A DNA stretch of 63,719 bases, filler included, from Chiloscyllium plagiosum (Eukaryota): the NCBI RefSeq assembly GCF_004010195.1. It is 5 parts of one record of this genome, joined end to end, with 100 filler letters (N's around TTAATTAATTAA, not from the genome) between each part and the next. Parts side by side here need not be neighbours in the genome. Positions count along the whole stretch, not along the records: positions 28,584 to 53,192 come from NC_057714.1; positions 53,293 to 60,153 come from NC_057714.1; positions 60,254 to 63,719 come from NC_057714.1; 2 more parts are not named here. The stretch is one strand, 5' to 3'. The notes beneath the pieces were generated by a model. The model saw only the letters and a program-made list of their open reading frames with translations, was not told where the DNA came from and searched no databases. Made by a program: the position numbers and the translations under genes. Below, piece by piece: positions 51,641-62,308 of the stretch (positions are counted from its first letter, which is position 1; the number at the start of each line of letters is the position of its first letter).

Positions 51641-51901
51641 GTTGCAACATATAATTGTTTGTGACTTGGAAGGAAACTTGCAGGGGGTGCTGTTCTTATG
51701 TATCCGCAGCCATTTCTTCTAAATGATGGAAGATAAAGTGATACCTTTTGCTAACAGATCAAAAATGATGCTGAAGTTAGGTGGTATTCTCATCCCTGCC
51801 TTCCAAAAGCAAGATCAGGCCAACTGAGGAATGCGTGTTGACTGTGTTTGCTATCTCCTCGTCATGTTATTTATATCTGTTATCCTGAGCTAAGTTAACA
51901 G

Positions 51902-51962
51902 GTGCTCTAATGAAGGACTCTTGGACCATTTGTTCAAAAGGAATGTGGTTCCAGAAACTGAG
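51902..51962 (+). CDS. OBSCN: Obscurin kinase 1, third exon (61 nt, phase 2-0)
   Basis: Translates (M)CSNEGLLDHLFKRNVVPETE; donor GAG|gtaaga. Matches recalled obscurin LCSSEELLDRLYRKGVVTEAE. Not in the ORF track. Confidence 0.88.
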
Positions 51963-52294
51963 GTAAGATTTATTTTCATTTTCAAGTGTCACCATCAACC
52001 CATGTATATATTATTATAAAATTATGAAAAATTACAGCTGAACAGAGATAGATGAATTCAATAGGTCGAGGATCTGTGTTCACTGATTGACTCCATCATG
52101 TTTTATGTGAATTCATTTTGTGTGTGTTTTTAAAAATTTTAATGACTGACCTCTTGATGGTTCCCAACCACCAATGTGAAGCTCACTAGTCTATAGTTTC
52201 CTGGATTGTCTCTATTTCCCTTCTTGAATAGAGGAACCTATGCAGGGTTGAGATTGTGAGATTCAAATGGAGGCATGTATTAGAAGTATCATAT

Positions 52295-52515
52295 TCAGAG
52301 CCGAAAGAGTGGTTCTGGAAAAGCACAGCCAGTCAGGCAGCGTCCAAGGAGCAGGAGAGTCGATATTTCGAGCATAAGCTCTTCATCAGGATGCTTCATT
52401 CCTGATGAAAAGCTTATGCTCGAAATATCGACTCTCCTGCTCTTTCGGTGCTGCTGACCGGCTATGCTTTTCCAGCACCATACTGTTCGACTCTGATCTC
52501 CAGCATCTGCAGTCA
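52295..52515. mobile_element. Palindromic Penelope-derived insert with hammerhead cores on both strands
   Basis: CGATATTTCGAGCATAAGCTCTTCATCAGG-ATGCTTCATT-CCTGATGAAAAGCTTATGCTCGAAATATCG. Confidence 0.8.
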
Positions 52516-53192
52516 TTTTTTATTTAATAGATATTTTTATTAGAAATTTAACATTTTTACAAGTTTACAAAAATAAACAAAACTCTCAGATATAAACATT
52601 GATATACAATTAGCTCAAATATACAATAGCCAAAATTTGACAAAAAAAAACAAAACAAAAAAAAACTGAAAAGAAAAAAAAACAAACAAAACTCAACTAT
52701 CTACTAATCTAACCTACAACTAACCAGGGTGCATATTTAAGTCTCTTACATGCTCGGGATGTGTTAACATCAGATATGATAAAACCCGTATTCGTGCGGG
52801 ATTCCTCCCCCGAGGGGCCGCGGACCAGCCAGGTCTGTAGTCTCAATTAAATAAAAGCCCTTGTTAGGATAGCCGAAATATCTGTATTTATGTAATTCAA
52901 AAAGGGCTGCCATATTTTATAAAATAATTCGGTCTTTCGGTGCACCATATTTGTAAGGAAGTCAAGGGGAATACATTCCATAATTAGTCTGTGCCAATTT
53001 GAAAGTCCAGGGGGGCCCTCAGCCGCCCAGTTCACCAAAATATTTTTCCTTGCACAGAAAGAAAGAATAGAAAATAGTCTCTTCCCATACGTGTCCAGGG
53101 AGGGAAAGTTCGAAAAGCCCAAGAGGAGAGATACGGGGTCCACTTTAATTTCCGTTCCTAAAATTTCTATCAGGGTACTTGCTACTTTAGTC
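52516..53192 (-). mobile_element. L1-clade LINE, ORF2 C-terminus, 3' UTR and poly(A)
   Basis: Reads DPVSLLLG...FCARKNILVNW....PPGLSNW...IMECIPLDFLT...FYKIWQPFLNY. AATAAA and an A-run occur at about 52516-52542 on the - strand. Confidence 0.82.
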
Positions 53193-53292
53193 NNNNNNNN
53201 NNNNNNNNNNNNNNNNNNNNNNNNNNNNNNNNNNNNTTAATTAATTAANNNNNNNNNNNNNNNNNNNNNNNNNNNNNNNNNNNNNNNNNNNN
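53193..53292. other. Artificial scaffold join
   Basis: N44-TTAATTAATTAA-N44. L1 lies to the left and Penelope to the right; obscurin exons stop here. Confidence 0.95.
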
Positions 53293-53520
53293 GGCGGAAG
53301 TGGTTGTGGGAGTGGCCATGATGGGGGCAGAGTGACATCATCAATCAGCGTAGGGGTGGTAGCTGCATCAGCCGCATGGCTAATAGCGTTTCCGAGGCCA
53401 GGGGAATCTTCTGGAATGTTCAAGGAGCGCTGGTTATGGAGCTGGGTAGATAAAAGTTTGTTGTACTTACAGTTTTTGATGTTTGAGATGGAATTGAAAT
53501 ACTGTTTGTTGAGGGATATC
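53293..53520 (-). mobile_element. Penelope-like ORF fragment (N-terminal region)
   Basis: The - strand reads LNKQYFNSISNIKNCKYNKLLSTQLHNQRSLNIPEDSPGLGNAISHAADAATTP. This resembles shark Penelope ORFs as recalled. Confidence 0.5.
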
Positions 53521-54119
53521 CTGTCTCACAGCATTGTTAGTTAGCTCAGGAAGCAAGTCATCTGATCAGAGGCTGGAAGTTGGAACACAGCTGGAGCATC
53601 ACTTGCTCTGGTCTGATCCTCAGCGAGGTGTATGTCATCAGGTTCATTTGTCATTGTGTGGGAACAAGTTTTGCCATATGCTTTGCTGTAACATTGGGTA
53701 CATTCCATTGTTGGAATTACTTTGGACTAGTCATGTCCAAAGTAAACCTGACAGACTGGGGAAAGTGGGATTAAAGGTCGACCCAATGTAAGCAGACGGC
53801 CCAGAAAGGTTTGAACACATCCATTGTAAGGATGTTGAAAAGAAAATCAGGACTTGGTGCAGATTGTTCCGTAAGACTGTCTGACATGAGCTCACCTAGC
53901 CTTTTCTCGGTGTTCCCACAACACTAACCTTCCCAAACTGAGCAGGCACCTATTCACAATTCAGTGCCACAATAAAAAATAACATCAGCCGCAATTCTTT
54001 TACATCTCAGGGACATTTTTGCTAAATGGATATAAGATCTATTCTCCCTCCGATAGAATACTGAAAAACTGCACCTTCTTCTACACAGAAAGCTGAAATG
54101 AATGTTTTATGAACCTTAC

Positions 54120-54275
54120 CTTCACCTTTCTGAATTGCAACCATGATTGTGTGCAAAGAGCAAGGCTATTCTGTGACAGACGAGACAATGCTAAGGATGT
54201 AGCATTGAATGGAGGAAAACAGCAATGGTGTGATAAGACAGCCTGCAGTCTGCGCTTGATTTGTTTGGTTTCCAT
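54120..54275 (-). CDS. Candidate first coding exon of an unidentified gene
   Basis: Acceptor tgtgtttcag| lies 15 nt upstream, with an in-frame TAA before AAAATGG. Translates METKQIKRRLQAVLSHHCCFPPFNATSLALSRLSQNSLALCTQSWLQFRKVK; consensus donor AAG|gtaagg. Confidence 0.45.
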
Positions 54276-55489
54276 TTTGTTTTAATTTCTCTGAAACACA
54301 TAAATCGTTTCTTCCACGCTAGTCTGAATGCTATCACAATCTGCAAACTACTTGGTGATAGTCTTAAAGCAAATATTTATTAAAGACCAAAAATGATGGA
54401 GGAAGCCAAGCCAGGAGTCTCGGCTTGTTGAGATTCCACTCTGTGTTTCTGCCCTTCAGTGTTTTGCAAAGCCAGTGTTCAATCCGGTTCAGGGATAGAA
54501 AGTCACGATCCAACCTTCACTCCCTTCAATCGTGGTCATGGCGTCACCACAAGCAAGCAATGTCGTGTCGATGTTACTCATTTGGAACTGAGCTGAGAGT
54601 TTACTCTAACTGCTGCAGAGGGTTTGCCAACACGATACGAAACAGGCAGGGATATGCCTAACACAATGAAATTTCATGAGTGGATGAACTTGCATTGAGA
54701 TAGCAGCCTTCCTTCACCCAGAACGTCCCGCTGCCCCAAAAGAAGTAAGCATTCCAGGGGGTCATTGGACGTTTATTTGGATAGAAATGGTGTGTGGGGG
54801 AAAGGCAGGAGACAGACAGTAAGTGAGGGAGGTAGTGGCCTACTTGTGTGATTGCTGGATTGTTAATCCTGGGGAGCTGGGTTCAAATCTGGCCACAGCA
54901 AGTGTGGAACTTGAATTATTTTTTTAAAAAAGTCTGGAATCAACAGTCTATAAATATTGTTTGTTGGGAAAACCCCATGTGGTTCACTCATGTCCTTCAG
55001 GGAAGGAAACCTGGTCCTTACCTGGTCTGGCCTACATGTGACTCCAGACCCACAGCAATGGAGCTGATTCTCAACTGCTCTCTGGGCAATAAATCCTGGC
55101 CTAGCCACTGGCAGCTTTAAAAACTATTCAGATCAACATGCCTTAGTATACACAGTTATGGGTCAAGAGCCCGAAACGTCGACTCTCCTGCTCCTCGGAT
55201 GCTGCCTGACCTGCTGTGCTTTTCCAGCGCCACACTCTTCGACTCTGAGCCCCAGCATCTGCAGTCCTCACTTTCTGTCAAGGGCTGGGAAAGGAGATTG
55301 ATGATGGGCATGAATACAATGGGCCGAAGGGCCTCAGTAGTGCTGTCTGACTTAATGTCCGACGTCACAAACTGGGTGATAAATACTGGCCCAGCCACAA
55401 GTTCCCACATCCCATGAATAAATAAGAAACACCTTGAGTGCAGGCCGTTCCCTGTGACCTCCTGCTAGCCCAGCAGCCCTTCAGCAGGG

Positions 55490-55759
55490 TTAGTCGCTGG
55501 AGTTCGGGAGTGCTGCCCCCTGTCTTTGCATGGCTTGTATAACATCTCCTCCTGCAGAACAGCAGAGACATGACCCCGGGTACATGAACACTTCATTGTA
55601 TCGCTGGTAAAGGTTAACACGCAGAGATGCAATTATCGGTGGGGCATCCGTGCAACAAGAGGTTGGGTTTGGGAAGCTATGATTGAGGGGGTCTTGAATA
55701 AAGAGCGGGCTGCCTGGACTGAACATGTTGATGGATTTCAACCAAGCTTCATCTGCCAC
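55490..55759 (-). CDS. Candidate terminal exon of an unidentified gene
   Basis: Acceptor ccccacctcatatacag|, then 89 open codons in non-repetitive DNA: VADEAWLKSINMFSPGSPLFIQDP...LRVNLYQRYNEVFMYPGSCLCC...NSSD*. Confidence 0.35.
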   Translation of the reverse strand: MADEAWLKSINMFSPGSPLFIQDPLNHSFPNPTSCCTDAPPIIASLRVNLYQRYNEVFMYPGSCLCCSAGGDVIQAMQRQGAALPNSSD

Positions 55760-55919
55760 CTGTATATGAGGTGGGGTCACTGCTCTTTATATTGTCCTTG
55801 TCCCATCAGTGAGCAGCTGTATAATTGTGTCAGTGATCCTTCAGGAGCTGCAGACAGGCAGTAACACTGTGGCTCTCAGAGTTCACTTTATATATATGTT
55901 TTGGTTATGAATATAGGAG

Positions 55920-56390
55920 GAAGTCTTGAGAGGGTATAGAAAAGATTTACAAGGATGTTGCCAGGGTTGAAGGGTTTGAGCCAAAGGGAGAGGCTGAACA
56001 GGCTGGGGCTGTTTTCCCTGGAGCGTCGGAGGCTGAATGATTTAAAAGGGAGCTAAGGGGCAACGTTTTCACACAGAGGATGTTGCGTGTATGGAATGAG
56101 CTGCCAGGGGAAGTGGTGGAGGCTGGTACAGTTACAAATTTTAAAAGGCATCTGGATGGGTTTATGAATAAGAAAGGTTGAGAGGGATATGGATCAAAAA
56201 AATGTGGTGCTGGAAAAGCACAGCAGGTCAGGCAGCAGCTGAGGAGCAGGGTGTTTCAAGCATAAGCCCTTCATCAGGATATGGGCCAAGAGCTGGCAAA
56301 TGGGACTAGATAATTTGGGGAATCTGCGTGGCATTGGTGAGTTGGACCAAAAGGTCTGGTTCCGTCCTGTACATCTGTATGACTCTAGAC
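55920..56390 (+). mobile_element. CR1 3' fragment with nested Penelope piece (about 56195-56278)
   Basis: Reads RFTRMLPGLKGLS..ERLNRLGLFSLE and VWNELPGEVVEAGT. The insert is flanked by duplicated GGATATGG. Confidence 0.8.
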
Positions 56391-57209
56391 ATGAGAAATG
56401 TGATGGTGGGTGTCTGGCTGTGTGGGACAGCCCTGTAGAGAGGCAGCGCATTATGAGAGGGTCATAAAGGAATGAATAGGCAATGGCACTTCCTCTGGCA
56501 GCTCGTTTATCCTGAATCTCAATGTGGTTCTCCATCGGTCATATCTCCACTACCTCTACCCATCAAGAAGAGTGGCTTCATGTTGCCATCCTTAGGACAC
56601 AGGGTGTCCTTGTGTTCACACGTTCCACAAGAGCACCATGAGGGAGCAGTCACTAAAATCTGGAGCCCTACCTCCTGCCTGTACCACCTCCAGGGTTGAG
56701 TGGGGTGGAGACAGGGACTAGGATGCGAAGCCCTCTAATGGTTCTGCATTCTAGCCTGCGGACTGCCACCTGCTGGCCGGAGGTTGGAGCATGGGCCAAT
56801 GCTGCCCACTGGCCAGTTCCCGAGAAGGTGCATCTGGTAAATTCCAAGAACTGCTGTTGCAAAAACAGAAATTGCTGGAGAAACTCCGCAGGTGTGGCAG
56901 CGTCTGTGGAGACAAAAAGCGGAGTTAGCATTTCAGGTCCAGTGTTGTTATTTTGCTTTCCCACTTTTCCTTCTATCTGTTCAAGTGTTCAAGAAATGAG
57001 GAAACCCACCCAGAGCCCCTGAGCAGGCTCCCCTCCCAGCTTTGATTGGAATGATTGGAGCTTTATTGTGATGGGTACTCAAGTACAGAATAGAAGAGTA
57101 CAGTGAAACGTGTACAATGTCACCACACAAGGTGCCACCTTAGGGACAAAGGTAGCCAGGCACAAAACTTAGTAGTAACATGGAGAAACAAATTTGGAGT
57201 AAACATTAC

Positions 57210-57505
57210 GGGCGGCACGGTGGCACAGTGGTTAGCACTGCTGCCTCACAGCGCCAGGGACCCGGGTTCAATTCCCGCCTCAGGCAACTGACTGTGTGGA
57301 GTTTGCACGTTCTCCCTGTGTCGGCGTGGGTTTCCTCCGGGTGCTCTGGTTTCCTCCCACAGTCCAAAGATGTGCCGGTCAGGTGAATTGGCCATGCTAA
57401 ATTGCCTGAAGTGTTAGGTAAGGGGTATGGGTGGGTTGCGCTTCGGCGGGGCGGTGTGGACTTGTTGGGCCGAAGGGCCTGTTTCCACACTGTAAGTAAT
57501 CTAAT
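57210..57505 (+). mobile_element. HE1-type V-SINE, intact
   Basis: GGGCGGCACGGTGGCACAGTGGTTAGCACTGCTGCCTCACAGCGCCAGGGACCCGGGTTCAATTCCC, then the V-domain and a TAATCTAAT tail. Confidence 0.92.
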
Positions 57506-59309
57506 TACCTTTGTTTTTAATGTAAGTAGAAAAATAAAGAAATTAAGTTCCAGGTTAACAGTCCTTCCTAGGAATAAATGGAAAAATGGTGACACTATTT
57601 TTGGTCATTTAGGGAATGAGGGTGTCTCTGGCTGGACTGGATTTATTACCCATCTCTAATTGCCCAGAGGGCAGTTAAGAGTCAAACACATTGCTGTGGG
57701 TCTGGAGTCATGTGTCGGCCAGACCAGGTAAAGATGGCAGTTTCCCTCCCTAAAGGGCATTAGTGAACCTGATGGGTTTTTCCCCGACAGTTGGCACAGT
57801 CATTGTTAGACTCTGAATTCCAGATGTTCTTTATAATTGAATTCAAATACCACCACGTGCCATGGTGGGTTATGAGCCCAGGTCCCCAGAACATTGCCTC
57901 GGAATTGATAATCTAGCCGTCGCTCCCCTAAGAGTCTGTGCGGACGGAATACCAGCCCTTGGTCTTCGCCTTCCTCAGTACCCCCTCAGAATAGCCAGCC
58001 TCCCTTCTGCATTCATATCTCTGCTTTTGAACTTGACCCTACCAGTGGTTGTCTGATAATAACAAGGTCAGATCCATTTGAAAGATGAATCATCTGAAAA
58101 CAGTGGCCTGAAATTATATCCCCTGCTTGAAAGTTGGAAATGTGTAAAAACAAACCACAGTAACTGAAGGGTTAAAAATCTGCCTGGAACTGGGTGAAAC
58201 CGAGGGTAATTTGGCATTGTACTGAAACACTTAGCTTCACAATGGCTTTCTGAGGAGGTAAGATGCAGCTGACCATTGCTGCCTGAAAGTTGACTTGCAT
58301 TTCTCTTTCCTCACTGAACTCAGAGAGGTAATGGACAAATTAGAATCTGGCTTGAGGGCCAGAATGTGGAATGCCTTGATCTAAAGCCATCGCTGGGCCT
58401 CCCCCACCCCCCCATTTTTATCTAATATAGAAAGTGATGAAACAGAGAAGGACAGTGCAACTGTGGTTGGGGGTGAGAATGGAGGAGTGGCAGGCTGGAG
58501 AGGGGGATTATGGTGAGATATTGCAAGGTCAAAGCACAGCTAGCTTTAAGAAGAGACCCTGGCCAACGTCTCTAAACATCCTGGGCAGGAGGAGCCAGGC
58601 AGCTGCTGCTTTTGTCAGAGCAAACACTTAGGTGGGAAATGTGGGCCCCATCGACTATCTTTGATTCCTCACTGTGACCAAACAATCGCTCAAATGAGCA
58701 CAGCAGGGTGTTAACCAAACCTCACGCTCCTCGACTGGATTCCCAAGGTCCTGGGGGATGCCTTTCTCTTTGGCGTTCGACGGCATTCCTGAGACCTATT
58801 TACAGTTCACAATGAGCACCAAGAATTCTACACTCGCAACAGGGGGAAACAGAGGCCGAGAATGTCGAGCCCTGTAAATGATCCCGTATAAACTTCCCGC
58901 CTCTCCATTGCAGCATCAGCTTGATTTGGGTTTGCTTGGGCGCCTCTTGGTTTCATACGGATTTCTAACTGCTGCCCGGGAGCGAAATGTCCCGGAGGTC
59001 AAATCCTGCCTGCCGAAGATGCATAGACCAAAAGGATCAGCAGCAACAAGTAAGTCAGGCTGAATGAAGCCACGGGGGGAATGCAGGTCAATATTTCGAC
59101 CAGACTAGGGAGCTGGCCTGGACTATAGTCTGAGGTCGGGTTGAATAGTGTGGCTGGTGAGGAGAAGTGAGGATGTCGGTAGGGAATGAGTGAGGAGGTA
59201 GGGATATTGGATGTATATGCTGACCCCCAGGGAGGTTTTACCATCCTTAACCCTGAGTCCCATCTGACCCCATTGGATTCTCAGCCTTCAATGAGTTGTT
59301 ACACAATGC

Positions 59310-59745
59310 CTGCCTCCTCAACCAGGCCCACATCCCCAGCAACGAGGCACTGTGGCCACCCAGCCCCCAACTTGGCTGCCATGGGCTGGGCACATCATTG
59401 CCATTACCAACATGAGGCTGCCCGAGCAGGTGCTCTACTCCCAGTCCTGAAACGGCAGGCGAGCCCCGGGTGGACAGGGAAAGCACTTCAGGGACACTCT
59501 CAAGGCCTCACTGGCCAAGAGGAACATTCCCACAGGCACCTGGAAATCACCGGCCCGAGACCGTTCAAAGTGGAGGAGGAGCATCTGGGAAGGCATCGAG
59601 CACCTCAAGACTTGCCGTTTGGAGAAAATGGAAACCAGGAAAAAACAATGTAAGGAGCAGGCTGGAATGCCAACACTCCACCCATCACTTCCTGCAACCA
59701 CCTCCTGCCCTAAGTGTACAGACACCTATGGACTCACCCTGAGAG
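59310..59745 (+). mobile_element. RTE-clade LINE 3' fragment
   Basis: Reads RLPEQVLYSQS*NGRRAPGGQGKHFRDTLKASLAKRNIPTGTWKS, matching the RTE C-terminal pattern RLPKQ.LYS.L..G.R..GGQ.KRF.D.LK.SL. Confidence 0.7.
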
Positions 59746-59893
59746 GGGTGGTGGGGAGTGCAGTGAGAAACGGGGGAAGGGCAGGAGGGAGGATTCATTC
59801 TTCCAGTTGTTGGGGAAACTCTACACATTTTGTGTGCTATGCCACATGTTAACTGCTGCCCGAGAGCAAAACGTACAGGAAACCAAATCCTGC

Positions 59894-60375
59894 CTGGACC
59901 ATCTCTGACACCTCCCTCCCCTTCCTGGACCTCTCCATCTCCATCAGTGACGACCGACTTGACACTGACATTTTTTACAAACCCTCCGACTCCCACAGCC
60001 ACCTGGATTACATCTCTTCCCACCCTACCTCTTGCAAAAATGCCATCCCGTATTCCCAATTCCTCCGCCTCCGCCATATCTGCTCCCAGGAGGACCAGGT
60101 GCACCACAGAACACACCTGATGGCCTCCTTCTTTAGAGACCGCAATTTCCCTTNNNNNNNNNNNNNNNNNNNNNNNNNNNNNNNNNNNNNNNNNNNNTTA
60201 ATTAATTAANNNNNNNNNNNNNNNNNNNNNNNNNNNNNNNNNNNNNNNNNNNNTGAAGGGCTTTTGCCCGAAACGTCGATTTTGAAGCTCTTTGGATGCT
60301 GCCTGAACTGCTGTGCTCTTCCAGCACCACTAATCCAGAATCTGGTTTCCAGCATCTGCAGTCATTGTTTTTACC
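59894..60375 (+). mobile_element. Penelope-like element: RT C-terminal region, scaffold join, then 3' terminal repeat
   Basis: Reads WTISDTSLPFLDLSISISDDRLDTDIFYKPSDSHSHLDYISSHPTSCKNAIPYSQFLRLRHICS. After the join comes TGAAGGGCTTTTGCCCGAAACGTCG. Confidence 0.85.
60154..60253. other. Artificial scaffold join
   Basis: N44-TTAATTAATTAA-N44. Confidence 0.95.
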
Positions 60376-60675
60376 TCTGAAACTTATCTGCATAGTTCGT
60401 GTCAATAAAGTGAAATGGTTTCTATCAAACCCCTTCTAATTTTAAACACCTCTATTAAATCTCTCCTTCGCCTTCTCTTGAGGCCAAGGGGAAACAGCCT
60501 CCGCCTCTCTAGTTTTCCCAGGTAATGATAGTGCTTTACTCCTGGAAGTTGGAATTCTAATCAATACATTCTCCACCTTCTCTGAAGCTTTCACATCCTT
60601 CCTAACAGCTGGAGCCAAAAAATAACTCATGCCCAGGGGATTGTATGTTCCTCTCACTCCCGACTGCATTGGTCA

Positions 60676-60849
<174 letters not shown>

Positions 60850-61447
60850 CTAGAATGAATCCCACCATTCCTGGATTTTCTTCATAGGACATGGGTGTCA
60901 GTGGCTGCGCCCAGCATTTATTGCCAGTCGCTAGTTGCTCTCAAGAGCTGCCTTCTTGAACCACTGCAGTCCATTTAGCGTAGTTAAGGAGGGATTTTGT
61001 TCCAGTGACACTGAAGGAACAGCGATATATTTCCAAGTCAGGACGGTGAGTGACTTAAAGGGGATCTTGAAGGTGCTGGTGTTCCCATGTATCTGCTGCC
61101 CTTGTCCTTCCAGATGGTAGTGATGTCCCTAATGCTCACATCCCTTAAATTAATTTAAAAGGCTGCCTAAGCATGAACTGTCCTCCAGTAGGGAGAAATG
61201 AAATGATGAGAGGTAATATAAAGAGCTGGTGGGAGGGGAACAAAGAAGAGTCTAAAGATGTGCAGGATAGGTGAATTAGCCATGGGAAATGCTGGATTGC
61301 AGGAACAGAAGGGTGGGTCTGTGTGGGATGCCCTTCAGAGGGTTGGTGTGGACCTGATGGACCAAATGGCCTGCTTCCACATTGTAGGGATAAGAAAATG
61401 AATGATTGCAGACCGATATCATCAGCACGCCCTGTGACATCCACTCA

Positions 61448-61681
<234 letters not shown>

Positions 61682-62308
61682 CTATAACACCTCAGCACAC
61701 CCTAGGTACCTTTACTGGCAAAGTTTAGTCATAATTTGAATTAGTGTCAGGAATAATGCATAACGTTAATTGTTATTTAGTGTTAAGAAGGAAGTGACCT
61801 GGTTTTTTCTTAAAAAAAGATTATTCTTGTGGGCTTGGTGTCAGGATGTTTGGTGGCCTTACATGCATTTTTAACTTCTTAGTAATTTTTACATCTTTAA
61901 AAATTTTTAACAACCTGAGAAGGGATGGGCTTTAACAATTTAGTATGTTCAGAAAAGGTAGAAAACTCTGCTATGGCTCTTCAGAGAGACACAGAGATAC
62001 CCAGACGGGAGTCAGTCAGTGTATATACATACATACAGTCGGTGTATATGTATGTGCCAGATTGTGAAGGCAGGACTGTTAAGCTCTCCAGTGAGAAATC
62101 CCACAAAACTGCGGGGAACTGAGCTGACGGAACTTGTGTTTCCTCTGAAGTTAAAGTAACAATGAGTTTACTTTTAAGTTTTTTTAGGTCTTTACGGGAA
62201 AGAGATATCAGCTGATGTAAAAGCATTTTGAGAATGTGCAGAAGTTCACTGGTTGCAGCTGTGCTGGCCTGAACAAGAAGTCTCAGTCTGGAGGTCACGG
62301 TAACTGAT

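Larger units (their letters stand above)
47305..51901 (+). other. U12-type (minor spliceosome) GT-AG intron
   Basis: The 5' end is GTATCCTTT. The 3' end is tatcctgagctaagttaacag: a TCCTTAAC-like branch about 11 nt from the AG, with no pyrimidine tract. Splicing restores the kinase frame. Confidence 0.85.

Noticed and set aside
14908..56278. Recurrent GCAGCAGGTCAGGCAGCATCC palindromic repeats as a CRISPR array or miRNA cluster
   Set aside because: The copies are dispersed, lack regular spacers and have no cas genes. They carry TSDs and match Penelope terminal repeats in a vertebrate genome.
57210..57285. tRNA gene
   Set aside because: The tRNA-like sequence continues directly into the V-domain and LINE-like tail, so it is a SINE head.
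58726..58796. Further - strand exon candidate ending at C|gtgagg
   Set aside because: Weak acceptor, all three frames open and no recognisable motif; not supportable.
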